DNA of 64,000 bases, taken from Eledone cirrhosa (Eukaryota). Positions 42,328-56,006 of this stretch are shown here, piece by piece. How positions within the stretch are numbered: the first letter of the stretch is position 1; the number at the start of each line of letters is the position of its first letter. A program made the translations under genes and the position numbers. The stretch lies in the NCBI GenBank assembly GCA_964016885.1, contig OZ024742.1:338830001-338894000 (forward strand), written 5' to 3'. The notes under the pieces were generated by a model. The model ran no database searches and was not told the origin of the DNA. It saw nothing but the letters and a program-made list of their open reading frames with translations.

Positions 42328-43199
42328 GTTTTTTATTTTTACTTATTTAAAACAAGTGTGATAGAATAATTCTTATTCCAAATGAAGTATAAGATTACAG
42401 TTTTTTTACTCTCAGCAAGCGACAACGCATCACATTACGGCATAGGGCCCCAATATTTAATATTTAATTTTGGATCAGAAATGTTATAGTCAAAGAAGAG
42501 AAAAATGGCTAATTGGACAGACAGGCAAATAATTTCACTACCAACACCACCACCGCCACCATCACCACTACCACGCCAAAAACTCTAGTCAAGTTACCTC
42601 AACTTCTATTTCAACTTCAACTTCAACACCATCACTACAGTACTACATCACATCACCACCACCGCTGCCTCATTATCGCTACCGCCACTATTCTCTCCCA
42701 CTACCTCCTGCTAAGTACTACTAGCACATCACCACCACCACCACTGTCTCATTATCGCTACCGCCGCTATTCTCTCCCACTACCTCCTGCTAAGACAGGC
42801 ATCGTAGTATTCCCACTAAATGAGGAAGGCATCAAAAGATATAAATAGACTGATTTGATGACCCGGTCAAAAAATCAAAAAACCAAAAATCAAAATCAAA
42901 ACAGCACAGCAGCAAAGAATAACGTAAAGAAAAGAAAAAACAAAAGAAAAACAAACCGACAGACAAGAAAAAAAAACTAAGTCAGACATTCAAACATTAC
43001 ATTACAATGAAACTTATGCTTAATTTTGTGTGTGTGTGTGTGGGGGGGGGGGGGTTTACCTGCTTGTTTGTTTGTTTATTTATGTTCGTCTACAGCGTGA
43101 TAGTGCCATACTAAAATCACCGGGGGTGATGAAATCACCGGTGGTTATGTAACCATGCATTCACCAATCCTCGGTAAGAGTGTTTAAATGTCGAACCTA

Positions 43200-45775
43200 A
43201 ACAGAGGAAAAAGCTAAATATTATCATAGAGGAACTGAAGCAATGCATTGTAGCAAAGAGTGCAAAAATTAGGCGATACGAGAGCAGAGTCAGTCAGTAT
43301 AGACAGAACTGCATGTTTGACAACAACCAGAAGATGTTGTTTGGACAGCTTGAAGGGAAAGAAAGAGGCAACTACTTGATCCCTGAGGCGGAACAAACTA
43401 AGACATTCTGGAGAGGAATATGGGAGCAGGATGTTAAACATAATGACCAGGCAGTGTGGATTGAGACAGTACAAAAGGAGATGAGTGAACAGGCACACCA
43501 ACAAATTGATTTGAGTATCACAGTTGAAACTCTTAAGGGGCAGGCCGAAAAACTAACCAACTGGAAATCACCAGGCCCAGATGGTGTGCAGGGGTATTGG
43601 ATTAAAAATATAACATCCCTCCACCCGAAACTGACAACCATGTTCAATGACTGCTTGATGTCAGGTGAGGTACCAGAGTGGTTGACAAAAGGTACCACAG
43701 TTCTGGTAATGAAAGACCGAATCAAGGGCAATGATGTTACCAACTATAGACCTATCACATGTCTGTCCGTAATGTGGAAACTGTTAACAAGCATTGTGTC
43801 TGAGGAAATATACCATCACCTCCACACAAACAACTTGTTACCGGACGAACAGAAAGGATGCCGAAAGAAGTCCCGTGGTACAAAGGACCAGTTACTTATT
43901 GATAAGATGGTAATGAGGAATTGCAAGAGGAGACACACTGGTCTTGCCATGGGATGGATAGACGACAAAAAGGCATTTGACATGGTGCCTCTTTCTTGGA
44001 TCACCAAAAGCCTAGAGATCTTCAGGGTGGCAGATAACATCAGACAGTTGTTGAGCAAAAGTATGAAGTCCTGGAAAACAGAGTTAACATCAGCTGGAGA
44101 ATCCTTGGGAGGCGTGAAGATCAAGAGAGGTATCTTCCAGGGAGATAGTCTGTCCCCTCTGTTGTTTGTCCTTACCCTGATGCCCCTGACCATTATACTG
44201 CGAAAAGTGAGAGCAGGATACAAGTTGGGAAAGGGAGAGCTTACCATCAATCACCTCCTCTTCATGGACGATCTTAAGGTCTTCGGGAAGAGTGAGAAGG
44301 AGTTGGATGTGCTTGTTGACACTGTCCGTATTTTCAGCAATGATATATGTATGCAATTTGGTATTAGTAAGTGTGGAGTCCTTGTGATGAAGACGGGTAA
44401 ATTGAGCAGAAGCAATGGAATCCAGGTACCAATAGGTGAGATTATAAAGGAAATTGACACTGAAGAAGGATAAAAGTATTTGGGTGTTCTGGAGGCTGAT
44501 GACATCAAGAACAAAGGAATTGATAAGATCTGAATACATTCGGAGAGTAAGGAGCGTATTAAAGTCACATATGAACAGTAGGAATGCCATAAGTGCAGTA
44601 AATTCCAGAGCTGTGTCTATTATTAGGTGCAGTGCGGGAATTCTGAGATGGAATGTTGCTGAACAAAAAGAAATGGATAGGAAGACTAGGAAGCTATTGA
44701 CTATCTACAACATGTTCCACAAGAGGAGTGATGTCGATAGACTGACTCTACTTAAGGAGATCTGAAGGTGGAAGAGGTCTTATCAGCATAGAGGACTGTG
44801 TTCAGATGGAGAAAAACACAAATACGTGACTGATAGTAGGGAGCCAATGCTCAGAATTGTACTGAAGGAGGGGAAAATAGACCAGAGGATGTCCAAGGAG
44901 GAAATAACAACAAGGAGAAAGAGCAACCTTCATGAAAAATCCCTTCATAGTACCTTCTTTGAGAAAACTGAATTCAGAGATCCACAGACATGGAACTGGT
45001 TGAAAAGAGGAGACCTTAAAAAGGCTACAGAAGGAATGCTAATGGCTGCGCATGAGCAGACCCTCAAAACGAAGTGGCTGAAACACCATATTTATAAGGA
45101 GGAGGCTAACCCACTGTGTAGGATCTGTGGAGAGAGAGAGAGGAGACTGTGGCTCACATTGTATCCGAGTGTAAACACCTAGCACAGACTCACTATAAGG
45201 GCTGGAGACATGATGTGATGGGCAGGGTGATCCACTGGCACCTATGCAAAGTAAACAATTTACCACATTCTGAGAAGTGGTATGAGCATAAGCCAGAGTC
45301 GGTGATAGAAAACGATCAGGTGAAGGTGCTGTGGGATTTTAGGATACAGACGGACAAAAAACTGGAACACAATAGACCTGACCTGGTGGTTTTGGACAAG
45401 GGAAAAAGATCGTGCCTGATTGTGGATGTAGCCTGCCCATTCGACACGAGAGTGCAAGAGAAGGAGAGGGAGAAAATTAACCGATACCAGGACTTAAAGT
45501 GGGAGGTAAAAAGGATTTGGAACTGCCATGAAGTCAAAGTGGTCCCGATTGTCATAGGCGCACTATAGGGGACTATCTCAAAGAGTTTCCAAGGATGGTT
45601 AAAGAAAATTGGTCCCGCCCCGCTTTTTGGAACACTTCAAAAGGCATGCTTGCTGGGAACAGCAATAACCCTCTGATACGTCCTGAATATCTGAGGCTGC
45701 AGGTAGTGGCTTGATATTCATTTCAACAAACTTTCCAGTTAAATAATATCAATGACTGAGACTCAAAGAACAATA
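43200..45775 (+). mobile_element. R4/Dong-clade retrotransposon, 5'-truncated (RT, CCHC, RLE), decayed
   Basis: WKSPGPDG, YRPITCL, KAFD, GIFQGDSLSP, LFMDD, then CCHC and PD-D; stops and frameshifts; short (TAA) tail. Confidence 0.92.
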
Positions 45776-45794
45776 ATAAAATAATAATAACAAT

Positions 45795-46390
45795 ACATAC
45801 ATTGGATAATGTGTAAGCATTTTGACCTGCCCCATCAAAAGAATTGGTGGGAGCATCAACCACCTCCCATACTTTAAAAAGATCATATCTCAATCTTGTG
45901 GAACTTTAGCATCCAAACAGACCCCAAAATAGATGCAAATAGACCTGATATAATACTGAAGGACTTTAAAAAGAGGGTATGCCTGCTAATTGATATTTCC
46001 GTTCCAATAGACAAGAATGTATCTAAAAAAACATTTGAAAAATTTAGCAATTATAAGGACCTGGAGATAGATATTGGAAAAATGTGGAAATTGAGAAACA
46101 ATACCAGTGGTTGTAGGGGCTCTAGGAATGATACCTAAGGGGTCTAAGGATTACTTATCGCAAATCCCAGGAAACCCGCGTATAGGAGAAATACAAAAGA
46201 TAGTACTAATGGGAACTGCCCATATACCAAGGAAGATTCTGTCAATATAAGTACATCAAAAGTCTAAGCACCTAAACATGTATGTGTGTGTATGTATGTT
46301 CTTTCTTGAACATGGCGGACCTTGTTGTCTCTTGAGGTCACTGGTTGTGACTTGGTGATAACTCGTATGAACATAAAGCAAGTTTCAATA
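45795..46390 (+). mobile_element. Second R4/Dong-like family, 3' fragment
   Basis: WNFSIQTD..NRPDII..LIDISVP..K..YKDL RLE domain and a 3' UTR. Confidence 0.8.
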
Positions 46391-46425
46391 ATTTCAATAA
46401 ATATTTCCCTTAGAATCTCGGGTCT

Positions 46426-46466
<41 letters not shown>

Positions 46467-46834
46467 AAAAAAGATGAAATCGAAAATGCAACTGGAGTCT
46501 TATTTAAAAAAAAAATATATATTTGTTTGGTTCCTTTACCGGTTTCGCAGTTCTTCTGCTTTTCAAAAGTAGAGTTGAGATGGAGGGTCTGTGGTTTTTC
46601 TCACATGTGAGAAAAACCTCACTTTCTAAGTGAGCAAGAAGCAAGCAGCAAGATATAAGCGTTTGGTTAAGCTGAGATTTAAAACGATATTGTTCTCTTT
46701 ATGCTGAAAATTTAAAACGATATTGTTCTCTTTATGCTGAAAATATCTGGCAGAATATATTTTGCAGATATGCGCACTCCTAATGTTGTTCTCAGGGAGC
46801 TTCAACCTGACTGTGTGTAACAAGGCTAGCCGTT

Positions 46835-46982
46835 TGAATTACAGGTACAACTCATTTTTGTCAGATGAGCGAACTGCAGCAACGTGAAATAAAGTGTTTT
46901 GCTCAAGGATACGGCGTGTCACTGGGAATCGAACTCACGACCTTACAATCATGAGCCGAACATCCTAGTTACTAAGCCACAC
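46835..46982 (-). mobile_element. tRNA-derived SINE with CORE-like segment
   Basis: Minus strand gtggcttagt..., B box gagttcgattcc, then tccttgagcaaaacacttt. Confidence 0.7.
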
Positions 46983-47304
46983 ATCTTTACATCTGAGAAG
47001 GGCATGACATTCCCAAAATACCGCTGTTTCTTCCATTAAGTTGCGTTGTATAGCTCTGTTAGAGTAAATTTGACTTACCTTCTTTCTGAAAGTTGTAGCA
47101 GAATAATAAAACAAAAAGTGTAGCCAGCTGTTTTTGATCAAATATACATAATGTCAGATTTTGTTTTACTGTAAACATCCTCCGCCATCTTAACATGGAA
47201 GGATACATTGGATACTATGTATTAATAAAACAAAATAACCATGGCCGATCATAACTGGAACGCTTTTTGTCATATGTTTGCTCGAACAGGGCTGACTTGG
47301 GGTT

Positions 47305-47338
<34 letters not shown>

Positions 47339-47660
47339 AAGGAGGAGGAGGATGAGGAAGAGAAGAAGAACAACAACAACAATACGAGTTCTGAATTTCT
47401 AAAAATTAAAATGAAAGCCACAGCTTATAATCCAGAAATTGAAGCAATGTTAGATAGAATTCAAAACCAAAAATCGTATTAAGTAAAATAAAACTCAACT
47501 AGATTCATGTTATCTTGTTTGTATTTAAAAAAAATGAAATTATGTGGCCCCGATATTCACAATTATTATCATTTTTATTTTAGATAAAAATGGCTCCTGT
47601 GCCAGTGATACAAAGAAATGTCTAAATAATTTTCTTCAATGCGTAGAACTTCCTTTTGAT

Positions 47661-47785
47661 GGAGCATGGCTTAATGGTTAAGGTGTTGGCCTCATGACCA
47701 GGAAGTCGTGGGTTCTATTTGTAGACCGCGAAACGAGTTGTGTCATTGACCAACGTTCATCATTTTACGTCGCCCCAAATGAGAA
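47661..47785 (+). mobile_element. Degenerate tRNA-derived SINE (similar to 46835-46982)
   Basis: tggcttaatggttaagg...gtcgtgggttcta...tgtgtcattga. Confidence 0.55.
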
Positions 47786-48421
47786 CCAGCAACAACTAGG
47801 GATCAGTCTTTCGAGGGACTTGTCCAGTAACTTAACACCCCTGAACCCAGGAAAAGCAGTGGGATTCCTCTAGATCAGTGGTTTTCAATCGGTGTCCAGA
47901 TAAGAAAAAGTTGGGGTTCTACGGTATTGTAGAGGTCCATGAGAAGAATTTTGCTCTTAAAGAAAATATCTAAAGATTTAGAGGAAAAACAAACAAATTA
48001 AAAAACTACAAAAAAAAAAAGTAAAAGAGAAAAACAACATTTACCAAAGTCATTTGTCAAAAAATTCCCAGTGTTAGAAATCAAAAGAAATGATACTTGA
48101 AAAGTATTTAAATTTTTATAATTAATTATATGAATAATGAAAAAAAGGGAAGGGGTAAAGAAGGACAGATCTGGCTGTAAAGGAAAGTAAAGGAATGGAC
48201 TATAAATGCCATAAATGAGAGGAAAAGCACCCAGTGACTATAGAACATACATGTCAATTTACTCTTATCAATGACACACGTCAGAAGATCTACAAATCTC
48301 AAGGAGGTCTAAAAAGTCATTTCAAAGTTCATCAAGATACACAGGCAATCCAAGCTGCACGAAAACTAATAAGCAATTTATGTGGACGGCTCTTAAAAGT
48401 ATTCCTGGTCTAAAAAGCCAC

Positions 48422-48470
<49 letters not shown>

Positions 48471-48617
48471 TATTTTCCGTAGTGTTGTAATATAAATATT
48501 ACACACAGTAGATGGACAGCTCACGTAGAGTTTGCTCGACGGTTCCAGTTGTAGTTCCAAAAGTAATCCGGAGAAAAATAGAAGGATTTGAATGGATACA
48601 GTTTAGTTAAAAGGAAT

Positions 48618-48738
48618 TTATTGACACGTGTTTCTATAACAGTTACATAACCTGAAAACAGCTGCTATCTACAAAGTATTAGTTATGCAGACATTCAATA
48701 TTTCAATGTTATTATCAACTGTCATTTCATCGGAATAA
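48618..48738 (-). ncRNA. Type I hammerhead variant (CCGAUGA core, ~92-nt stem II domain), inverted copy
   Basis: Reverse complement of 50723-50843. Confidence 0.65.
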
Positions 48739-48859
48739 TTTTACTGAGGACCTGTTTGGTTTTTATAGAGGATATTAGGAGGGAGGGGTGAAGTTGTTAG
48801 AAGAATAGTTGAGGGAGTGGTTTTTTTGATAGCAGTGAGAATTTTTGGTGGCAGTGAGT

Positions 48860-49900
48860 ACGTAAATGTTGGGTCTAACCACCCCATCTCTATAATTAAA
48901 TCTATCCCTAAAAATATTTCCCTTAGAATCTCGGGTCTATCTTCTAACATACAAGTATTTAAGGAACACGCCGAGTACTACGATAACGCCCTTAGTAAAG
49001 CAGGCTACCTCAATAAAATAGAGTATATAGATGAGAACAATCAAAACACCCAAAATAAATCCCACATAGGTAGATATAATAACACAACACCAAACCACAC
49101 TACTACCATAGTATACACACCAGTAAACCAACAAACAAAACTAATAGAAAGCGATGCAAAGAGTACTTATGGTATAACCCTGAATACAATAGTTCCATTA
49201 GTACAAATTTACCAGTACTCTTCTTTAAAATAATTAAGAGACATTTTCCTACATGACACAAAATGCCACAAAATCCTAAACCCTACCACTATAAGACTGT
49301 CATACTCTACAGCGTTAAACCTTGAACAACACATAAAAAAGATCAATACTAGAAGGTTAAACGAAAACACTAAAAACTTAAGTACAAAGAACACAAAAAA
49401 ACAGTAGACAATACACTACAGAACATAAATAAACCACACCTAAGTTCGTCCGCAATACTACTCCAGAGAAAACCCAACGTACACAACTGTAACTGCACCT
49501 ATCCTGACAACTGCCCCCTCGGCAATAACTGCCTGGAAAAAAAAATTATTTATAAGTGTACCATTAAATCCGGAGGCAACGAGTGGTATTACATGGGATC
49601 AACGGCAACATCGTTTAAATCTCGATTATATAGGCATTCTTACTCAATAAAACACCAGAGCCAAAGAAATGTAACAACTTTAGCAGAAAAAGCTTGGACG
49701 CTCAGGGATAGCGATTAAAAGTTTACCCTAAAATGGGAGAAATTAGCTAAAACCCAAAGCTTTTCCAGGAGCCAAAATTTCTGCAAATTGTGTAATCTTG
49801 AGATTTATTACATAATCAAACACAAGAGGAAATTGCTGAATAACAGAATTGAACGAACATTATTCTGCCGTCACCGAACTAAAACCCTTTTTTCCCCACT
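48860..49900 (+). pseudogene. PLE RT C-terminus and GIY-YIG endonuclease, frameshifted
   Basis: SNHPISIIKSIP..RIS.LSSN; CNCTYPDNCPLGNNCL; YYMGSTATSFKSRLYRH. Confidence 0.85.
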
Positions 49901-50722
49901 ACAAGCTGAACATTACATAAAAGAGGGACATCCCCCCAACTATATAAACCTCAATCTAGTTAGAAAAATATAAAAACAATCTCTTCTCAACATATATATA
50001 TGTATATTAATAACCTTAAATTACCACACTAATAATGGAAAGATATGCTGATGAGAATAGGTGCAAATATGCTATAATGAATGTGTCTAAAAGCGACCAT
50101 AAGTATGTATATATATATGTGAAAATGTATATAAATAAGTAAATATATATATATGTTTGATGTGTATAGTTAGATGTAAGTGTATTCATGTATTAAAATG
50201 TTTATATATATATATATATACACATAGACTGGAGTATGTATGTATATATGTGTGTGTCTATACGTGTGTATATAAAGATAAGTTGAGTATGAAAATGTAT
50301 ACACATGAACGCGTATGTATGTACATGTATATATGTGTGTATATGTATATGTATGCATGTGTATATGTATGTAAGTATGAACATGTAAGTATGTGAATGT
50401 GAGTGCATATATGTTTGTGTGTGAATGCGTGGGCGAAAGGATACGTACACTTAAAAGAAAAATTTAAGTCTGAATGTTAATTAAGTGCAAACACAAAACC
50501 AACCACGCATATCTATACTATCTCTAATCCTTCTATAGATTTAGAAAAATAACCAATAATATATTCTATAAAAATGTCAAAACAACAGATGGGAATCTAA
50601 TTACTCACTGCCACCAAAAATTCTCACTGCTATCAAAAAACCACTCCCTCAACTATTCTTCTAACAACTTCACCCCTCCCTCCTAATATTCTCTATAAAA
50701 ACCAAACAGGTCCTCAGTAAAA

Positions 50723-50843
50723 TTATTCCGATGAAATGACAGTTGATAATAACATTGAAATATAGAATGTCTGCATAACTAATACTTTGTAGATAGCAGC
50801 TGTTTTCAGGTTATGTAACTGTTATAGAAACACGTGTCAATAA
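50723..50843 (+). ncRNA. Type I hammerhead variant (CCGAUGA core, long stem II)
   Basis: UUAUU-CCGAUGA-aAUGACAGUU...AACUGUUAUa-GAAA-CACGUG-UC-AAUAA. Confidence 0.65.
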
Positions 50844-50877
50844 ATTCCTTTTAACTAAACTGTATCCATTCAAATCC

Positions 50878-50911
<34 letters not shown>

Positions 50912-50914
<3 letters not shown>

Positions 50915-51028
50915 AACAAGTAAGACCCCGGGGTCTTACTTGTTCCTGTTACCCACTCTACTACCCTAAGTATTGAGTACTTCGGTGCGTTATGGTCCAC
51001 TTGGTTCCTTACCACATTTCCTTCGTTA
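50912..51028 (+). mobile_element. Probable PLE 3'-end remnant with short fold-back, in (TA)n
   Basis: aggaacaagtaagaccccggggtcttacttgttcct; same family as 24777-24984. Confidence 0.65.
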
Positions 51029-51097
51029 TATATATATATATATATATATATAGTGACGAAACATAAGTCAATTGCATGAACTCATAATCTTTTATTT

Positions 51098-51153
51098 ACT
51101 GCTATATATATTTCGATGATAGCCATTGAATGGCTATGACCTCATCAGGCAGT
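51098..51153 (-). ncRNA. Type I hammerhead ribozyme
   Basis: Minus strand: ACUGC-CUGAUGA-GGUCAUAGCCA-uucaa-UGGCUAUCAUC-GAAA-UAUAUA-UA-GCAGU. Confidence 0.88.
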
Positions 51154-52235
51154 TAGTCAGTTCTTAGATATGCCAGCTCTCTGTTTATAGTGTTGATGGT
51201 ATCAGAGCCTTGGGACATATGAGCTTGTTAGGAATTATTTAATGTTGTCAGCAGGAATAGTCTTAATTCTCATTGGTCAGTTTGTAGATGCTAGTAGGGT
51301 TGGTATTTGACCTCAAAGAGGCAGGTGGTGTTGTAAAGTTCAAACCGTCAGGCAAGATGACAATAGTTCCATATGACTGATTTTCACAAAAATCATTCTT
51401 GGTCAGATATATATTCAATTAAGGTTAATAGTATGAAATAGATACTACAGGTCATTCTTAAATTGAGGAATTTATGTGGAGTGGTGCTACTGAAAAGTAT
51501 GGTTAGAGTAGAAAATTTACAAATAAAAAGACTTATGTAGGTTGGCTTGCACGTACACTCACACCCATCTCCACAGACATACACACACATCCACACATAC
51601 AAATTGAGGAATTAATGTGGGGTGGTAATACTTAAAATAATGGTTAGGGTCAAATACTTAGATAGTTTAGAAAATTTAGAAATAAAAGGCTTATGTTGGT
51701 TGACTTGTGCATACACTCACACCTACCCCCTCAGACACATACACATCTACACACACAAATCTATACAGGTGTGTATATATATGTACGCACATGTATACAT
51801 ATATATATATAAAATATATACATATATATAAAATATATATATATAAAATATATATATATATAAAATACATATATATATATATAAAATATATATACACATA
51901 ACATATATATACATATAAAATATACACATATATATATAAGATACATATATACACATATATATATATAAAATATATATATATACATATATATAAAATGCAA
52001 ATATATATATACATAATATATATATATATATACACATAATAAATATATATATAAAATCAGGTTCAATAAAACGTGGTTTTGATGACTCCTAACCAGTAGA
52101 GGATCCGGTGGACCATCCACCATAGGGACCACAAACTATGGGTGGTTGTTGTTGTCTATTGGTCATTGGTACGGGGTGTAGCGGACCTACAGGGGGGGGG
52201 GGGGGGCGTTGTGGGAGGCCTTAACCGGGGTTTAT

Positions 52236-52299
<64 letters not shown>

Positions 52300-52458
52300 A
52301 TACTTGGGGAGGGTCATATTGTTGTAATATTGCCAGAATTAATAACAGAACACACTCACTGTCTGGTTGGTTTTCGCTTCTGTATCTTTTATATCTCCAT
52401 AGTTAATTTATTTGGCAATCAATGTTTATCATTGATTGACCAGCGGTTAAAAATACAG

Positions 52459-52557
<99 letters not shown>

Positions 52558-53224
52558 GAGAGAGAGAGAATAAGAAACGTAGAAGGATATCTTTCTAACG
52601 TATAAACTTTCAATACATTGTATAATCTTTATGCTTCATTAATTGAAATCTTTCCTTCACAAAGAAATCCTGTCCATTTCTCTTGAAATTGTCTCCTGCA
52701 AAAATTCTCTACCCCTAATAGAGTTTCGTTTTTCCCCTTCAGCCATTAGAGTCCATTTTTAAATATAAATTAACGACATTAACCTTTTCCAGATACTTCG
52801 AGATCATACAATCATTACTGTCTATTCTTCCCATAATAATAATAAAATATTTTTTATATCCTTTCAGTTAATATCATCTGATTCTATCTTGTCTAGATGC
52901 GCCATTTTCTTAAAATTTTCATTATTAAATAGCATAGACAAAATGTTTGCCTCGATATACAATGCACATAAAACATATAGAATATACCTTTACTATTTGA
53001 ATAAAGCTTGGAATGAAATATAATATGCAATTGATTCTACTACATATATCCAGAAACAATTTCCTATTCATAATTTAAAATTTTCTCTACTTATCTCTCA
53101 GGCAATTCTGAGAAAACCTGAAAGTCTGTTTTCATGTTTTATCGATTGAAGTTATACGATACAATTATGTATTTCTACTTTTTCAAAATGATTTAGTTTA
53201 ACCGAATAAAACCATGGGCATGTA

Positions 53225-53504
53225 TGTGGTTAGGATGTCTCAGGAAAGAGTCGCTGGACAGATTTTACGGGCAAAACACCAGCTGGCAGGAGAAACAGGG
53301 TAGACTCCGAACAAGATATTTGGATAACATCCATGAGCTTGGTTTGTCTCGCTTGAGGATCCAGTCGGATCTGTTGGAGACCGTTGCTTCTGACAGGGCC
53401 CGCTGAAAGAAGAAGAAGAAGAAGAAGAAGAAGAAGAAGAAGAAGAAGAAGAAGAAGAAGAAGAAGAAGAAGAAGAAGAAGAAGAAGAAGAAGAAGAAGA
53501 AGAA
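53225..53504 (+). mobile_element. RTE LINE 3' fragment with (GAA)n tail
   Basis: GRLRTRYLDNI..VASDR; homologous to 27640-27933. Confidence 0.7.
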
Positions 53505-53767
53505 GCGAATAAAATCCAAAGACTGATTGAACGAGTAGGTTGATCAGTGTCGCGTAATGATTCTTTACCCTCTATCAAGGATTCGGTAATGGTTCCAGAT
53601 CTGTGTGTGACTCTACCTTGATTTACGACTCTTAATCGGGGGATTACTTTGAAGGAGAAAACTCTTAGTGTGAAGTTTGGGTTTGAAATAAATCTTTTGT
53701 GACATCAGTCCTGGAACTTTTCTGACACACCTCGTATTAGCATAGCACAAATTAGAAATATAGATAA

Positions 53768-55256
53768 CTAGCCGAATTACCCGCGCCTTGCTGCGTTTCA
53801 CACATTTTTTTGGTAAGAAAATGATGATTGATTTCAATATTACTCAATGTAAAATGTAATGTATGAAAAATTGGAAAACATTATTTTTTGTAATATATCA
53901 AATCAAAATTACATTATTAAATCTTATTCTTATTTTGTTTCTTGTAAATAATTTTTTTCAAAATATCAATTCAAAACTTTTGCGAATAGGCATAATATCT
54001 TGTCATTTACTTATGGTTTAAATTTCATATAAATCAAAGGGAAACATTTTCAGCGGGGGTTTGTGCCTCCGGTGAACCCTAATAAGGGGTTTAACCCCCA
54101 TTAAGGTGTCTTAATATTATTGAAATTTGCTGAAATGTTGTGAATAGGCATCATATCATGTCATTTACCTATGGTTTAAATTTCATATAAATCGAAGGGA
54201 AACAATTTTCAGCGGGGGTTTTGTGCCCCCGGGGAACCCTTTGATTAAAATGAAATATACTTTTCCAAATACCCTGGGCAATGTAGTTTCAGAATATATA
54301 TGGTTATGGGGGTCTATCTCCCAAACCATAGGAGGATTTCGTGAAATCTTGTTCCATTTATTGGCCAAAATTTTCACTATAGGGGGTTTAACCCCAATTA
54401 GGGTGTCTTAATATTTTTGAGATTTGCTGAAATTCTGTGAATAGGCATCATATCTTGTCATTTACCTATGGTTTAAATTTCATATAAATCGAAGGGAAAC
54501 AATTTTCAGCGGGGGTTTTGTGCCCCCGGGGAACCCTTTGATTAAAATGAAATATACTTTTCCAAATACCCTGGGCAATGTAGTTTCAGAATATATATGG
54601 TTATGGGGGTCTATCTCCCAAACCATAGGAGGATTTCGTGAAATCTTGTTCCATTTATTGGCCAAAATTTTCACTATAGGGGGTTTAACCCCAATTAGGG
54701 TGTCTTAATATTTTTGAGATTTGCTGAAATTCTGTGAATAGGCATCATATCTTGTCATTTACCTATGGTTTAAATTTCATATAAATCGAAGGGAAACAAT
54801 TTTCAGCGGGGGTTTTGTGCCCCCGGGGAACCCTTTGATTAAAATGAAATATACTTTTCCAAATACCCTGGGCAATGTAGTTTCAGAATATATATGGTTA
54901 TGGGGGTCTATCTCCCAAACCATAGGAGGATTTCGTGAAATCTTGTTCCATTTATTGGCCAAAATTTTCACTATAGGGGGTTTAACCCCAATTAGGGTGT
55001 CTTAATATTTTTGAGATTTGCTGAAATTCTGTGAATAGGCATCATATCTTGTCATTTACCTATGGTTTAAATTTCATATAAATCGAAGGGAAAAAATGTT
55101 CAGCCGGGGTTTGACGCCCCGGGGAACCCTTTGATTAAAATGAAATATACGTAAGAAATCAAATGGGCATGAGACCCACAAGATCGGTTTGGTAGTTTTT
55201 GAGTTTTAGATTCACAAACAAACAAACAGACAGAAATTGCCATTTATGTATATAGA
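53768..55256 (-). mobile_element. Non-autonomous Helitron with internal 297-bp tandem repeats
   Basis: Minus strand A|TCTATA...GC-rich subterminal hairpin...CTAG|T. Confidence 0.75.
54143..55150. repeat. 297-bp tandem repeat (~3.4 near-identical copies plus a degenerate upstream partial)
   Basis: Identical ORFs at 54183, 54480 and 54777. Confidence 0.97.
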
Positions 55257-55581
55257 TTAAGAACAATTCTTTGTACTTCCTTCTTTAGCAAATGAATAGA
55301 GTAAAATTATCAACGAGAAACATCTTGTACTCGGTAGTTTTAACTCTTAGTTTTTGTAAGGATCGCTTAGTTTCTTGAAACCATTGGAAATGGAATAATT
55401 ATATTGTGTTGTTTATTATGTAATTATATATATATATATATATATATGCAGAGGTTATATTTAATTTGTTGGGATTCAACAAGCTTAACAATTTTTATAA
55501 CTGATATAAAGCACTCAACAGTTAGTGGAGTAAATACACAATATATTAATAAATGGAAACTATATTTATAAAACCATATTT

Positions 55582-55645
55582 ATTTTATTATATATATTTC
55601 AAGGGCCACCAAGGCAAATTATGGTGCGCTTTCATCAGATAAAAT
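55582..55645 (-). ncRNA. Type I hammerhead ribozyme (left arm of palindrome)
   Basis: Reverse complement of 55807-55870. Confidence 0.8.
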
Positions 55646-55806
55646 ACAGATTTGTTTTATAAATAAATATTGACATACCCGGAAAAAAGATAACCTTAAC
55701 GGTTGGAGCTTCCTGGATAGCTTCCAGGATAGCTTCCAGGAAGCTCCAACCGTTAAGGTTGTCTTTTTTCCGGGTATGTCAATATTTATTTATAAAACAA
55801 ATCTGT

Positions 55807-55870
55807 ATTTTATCTGATGAAAGCGCACCATAATTTGCCTTGGTGGCCCTTGAAATATATATAATAAAAT
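55807..55870 (+). ncRNA. Type I hammerhead ribozyme (right arm of palindrome)
   Basis: AUUUUAU-CUGAUGA-AAGCGCACCA...UGGUGGCCCUU-GAAA-UAUAUA-UA-AUAAAAU; 7-bp stem I. Confidence 0.82.
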
Positions 55871-55911
55871 AAATATGGTTTTATAAATATAGTTTCCATT
55901 TATTAATATAT

Positions 55912-56006
<95 letters not shown>

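Larger units (their letters stand above)
48468..50883 (+). mobile_element. 5'-truncated Penelope-like element (Naiad-like) with inverted pLTR
   Basis: 48578-48860 is the inverse of 50602-50883; RT C-terminus YVNVGSNHP; CNC..CPL..C, IIY..YMG..R..H, CKLC..CRH; flanked by (TA)n. Confidence 0.88.
55448..55916. mobile_element. PLE pLTR fold-back (182-bp arms) in (TA)n
   Basis: 55536-55717 inverted at 55735-55916; same family as 62257-62530. Confidence 0.85.

Noticed and set aside
46534-46569. Hammerhead-like motif on the minus strand (uugaaaa-GCAG/CUGC-GAAA-CCGG-UA)
   Set aside because: The core has two substitutions relative to CUGANGA; probably a dead relic.
46835-47785. tRNA genes
   Set aside because: A and B boxes are followed by SINE body sequence and there is no complete cloverleaf.
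54183-55005. Three identical 62-64 aa ORFs
   Set aside because: By-product of the 297-bp repeat; non-ATG starts and no motif.
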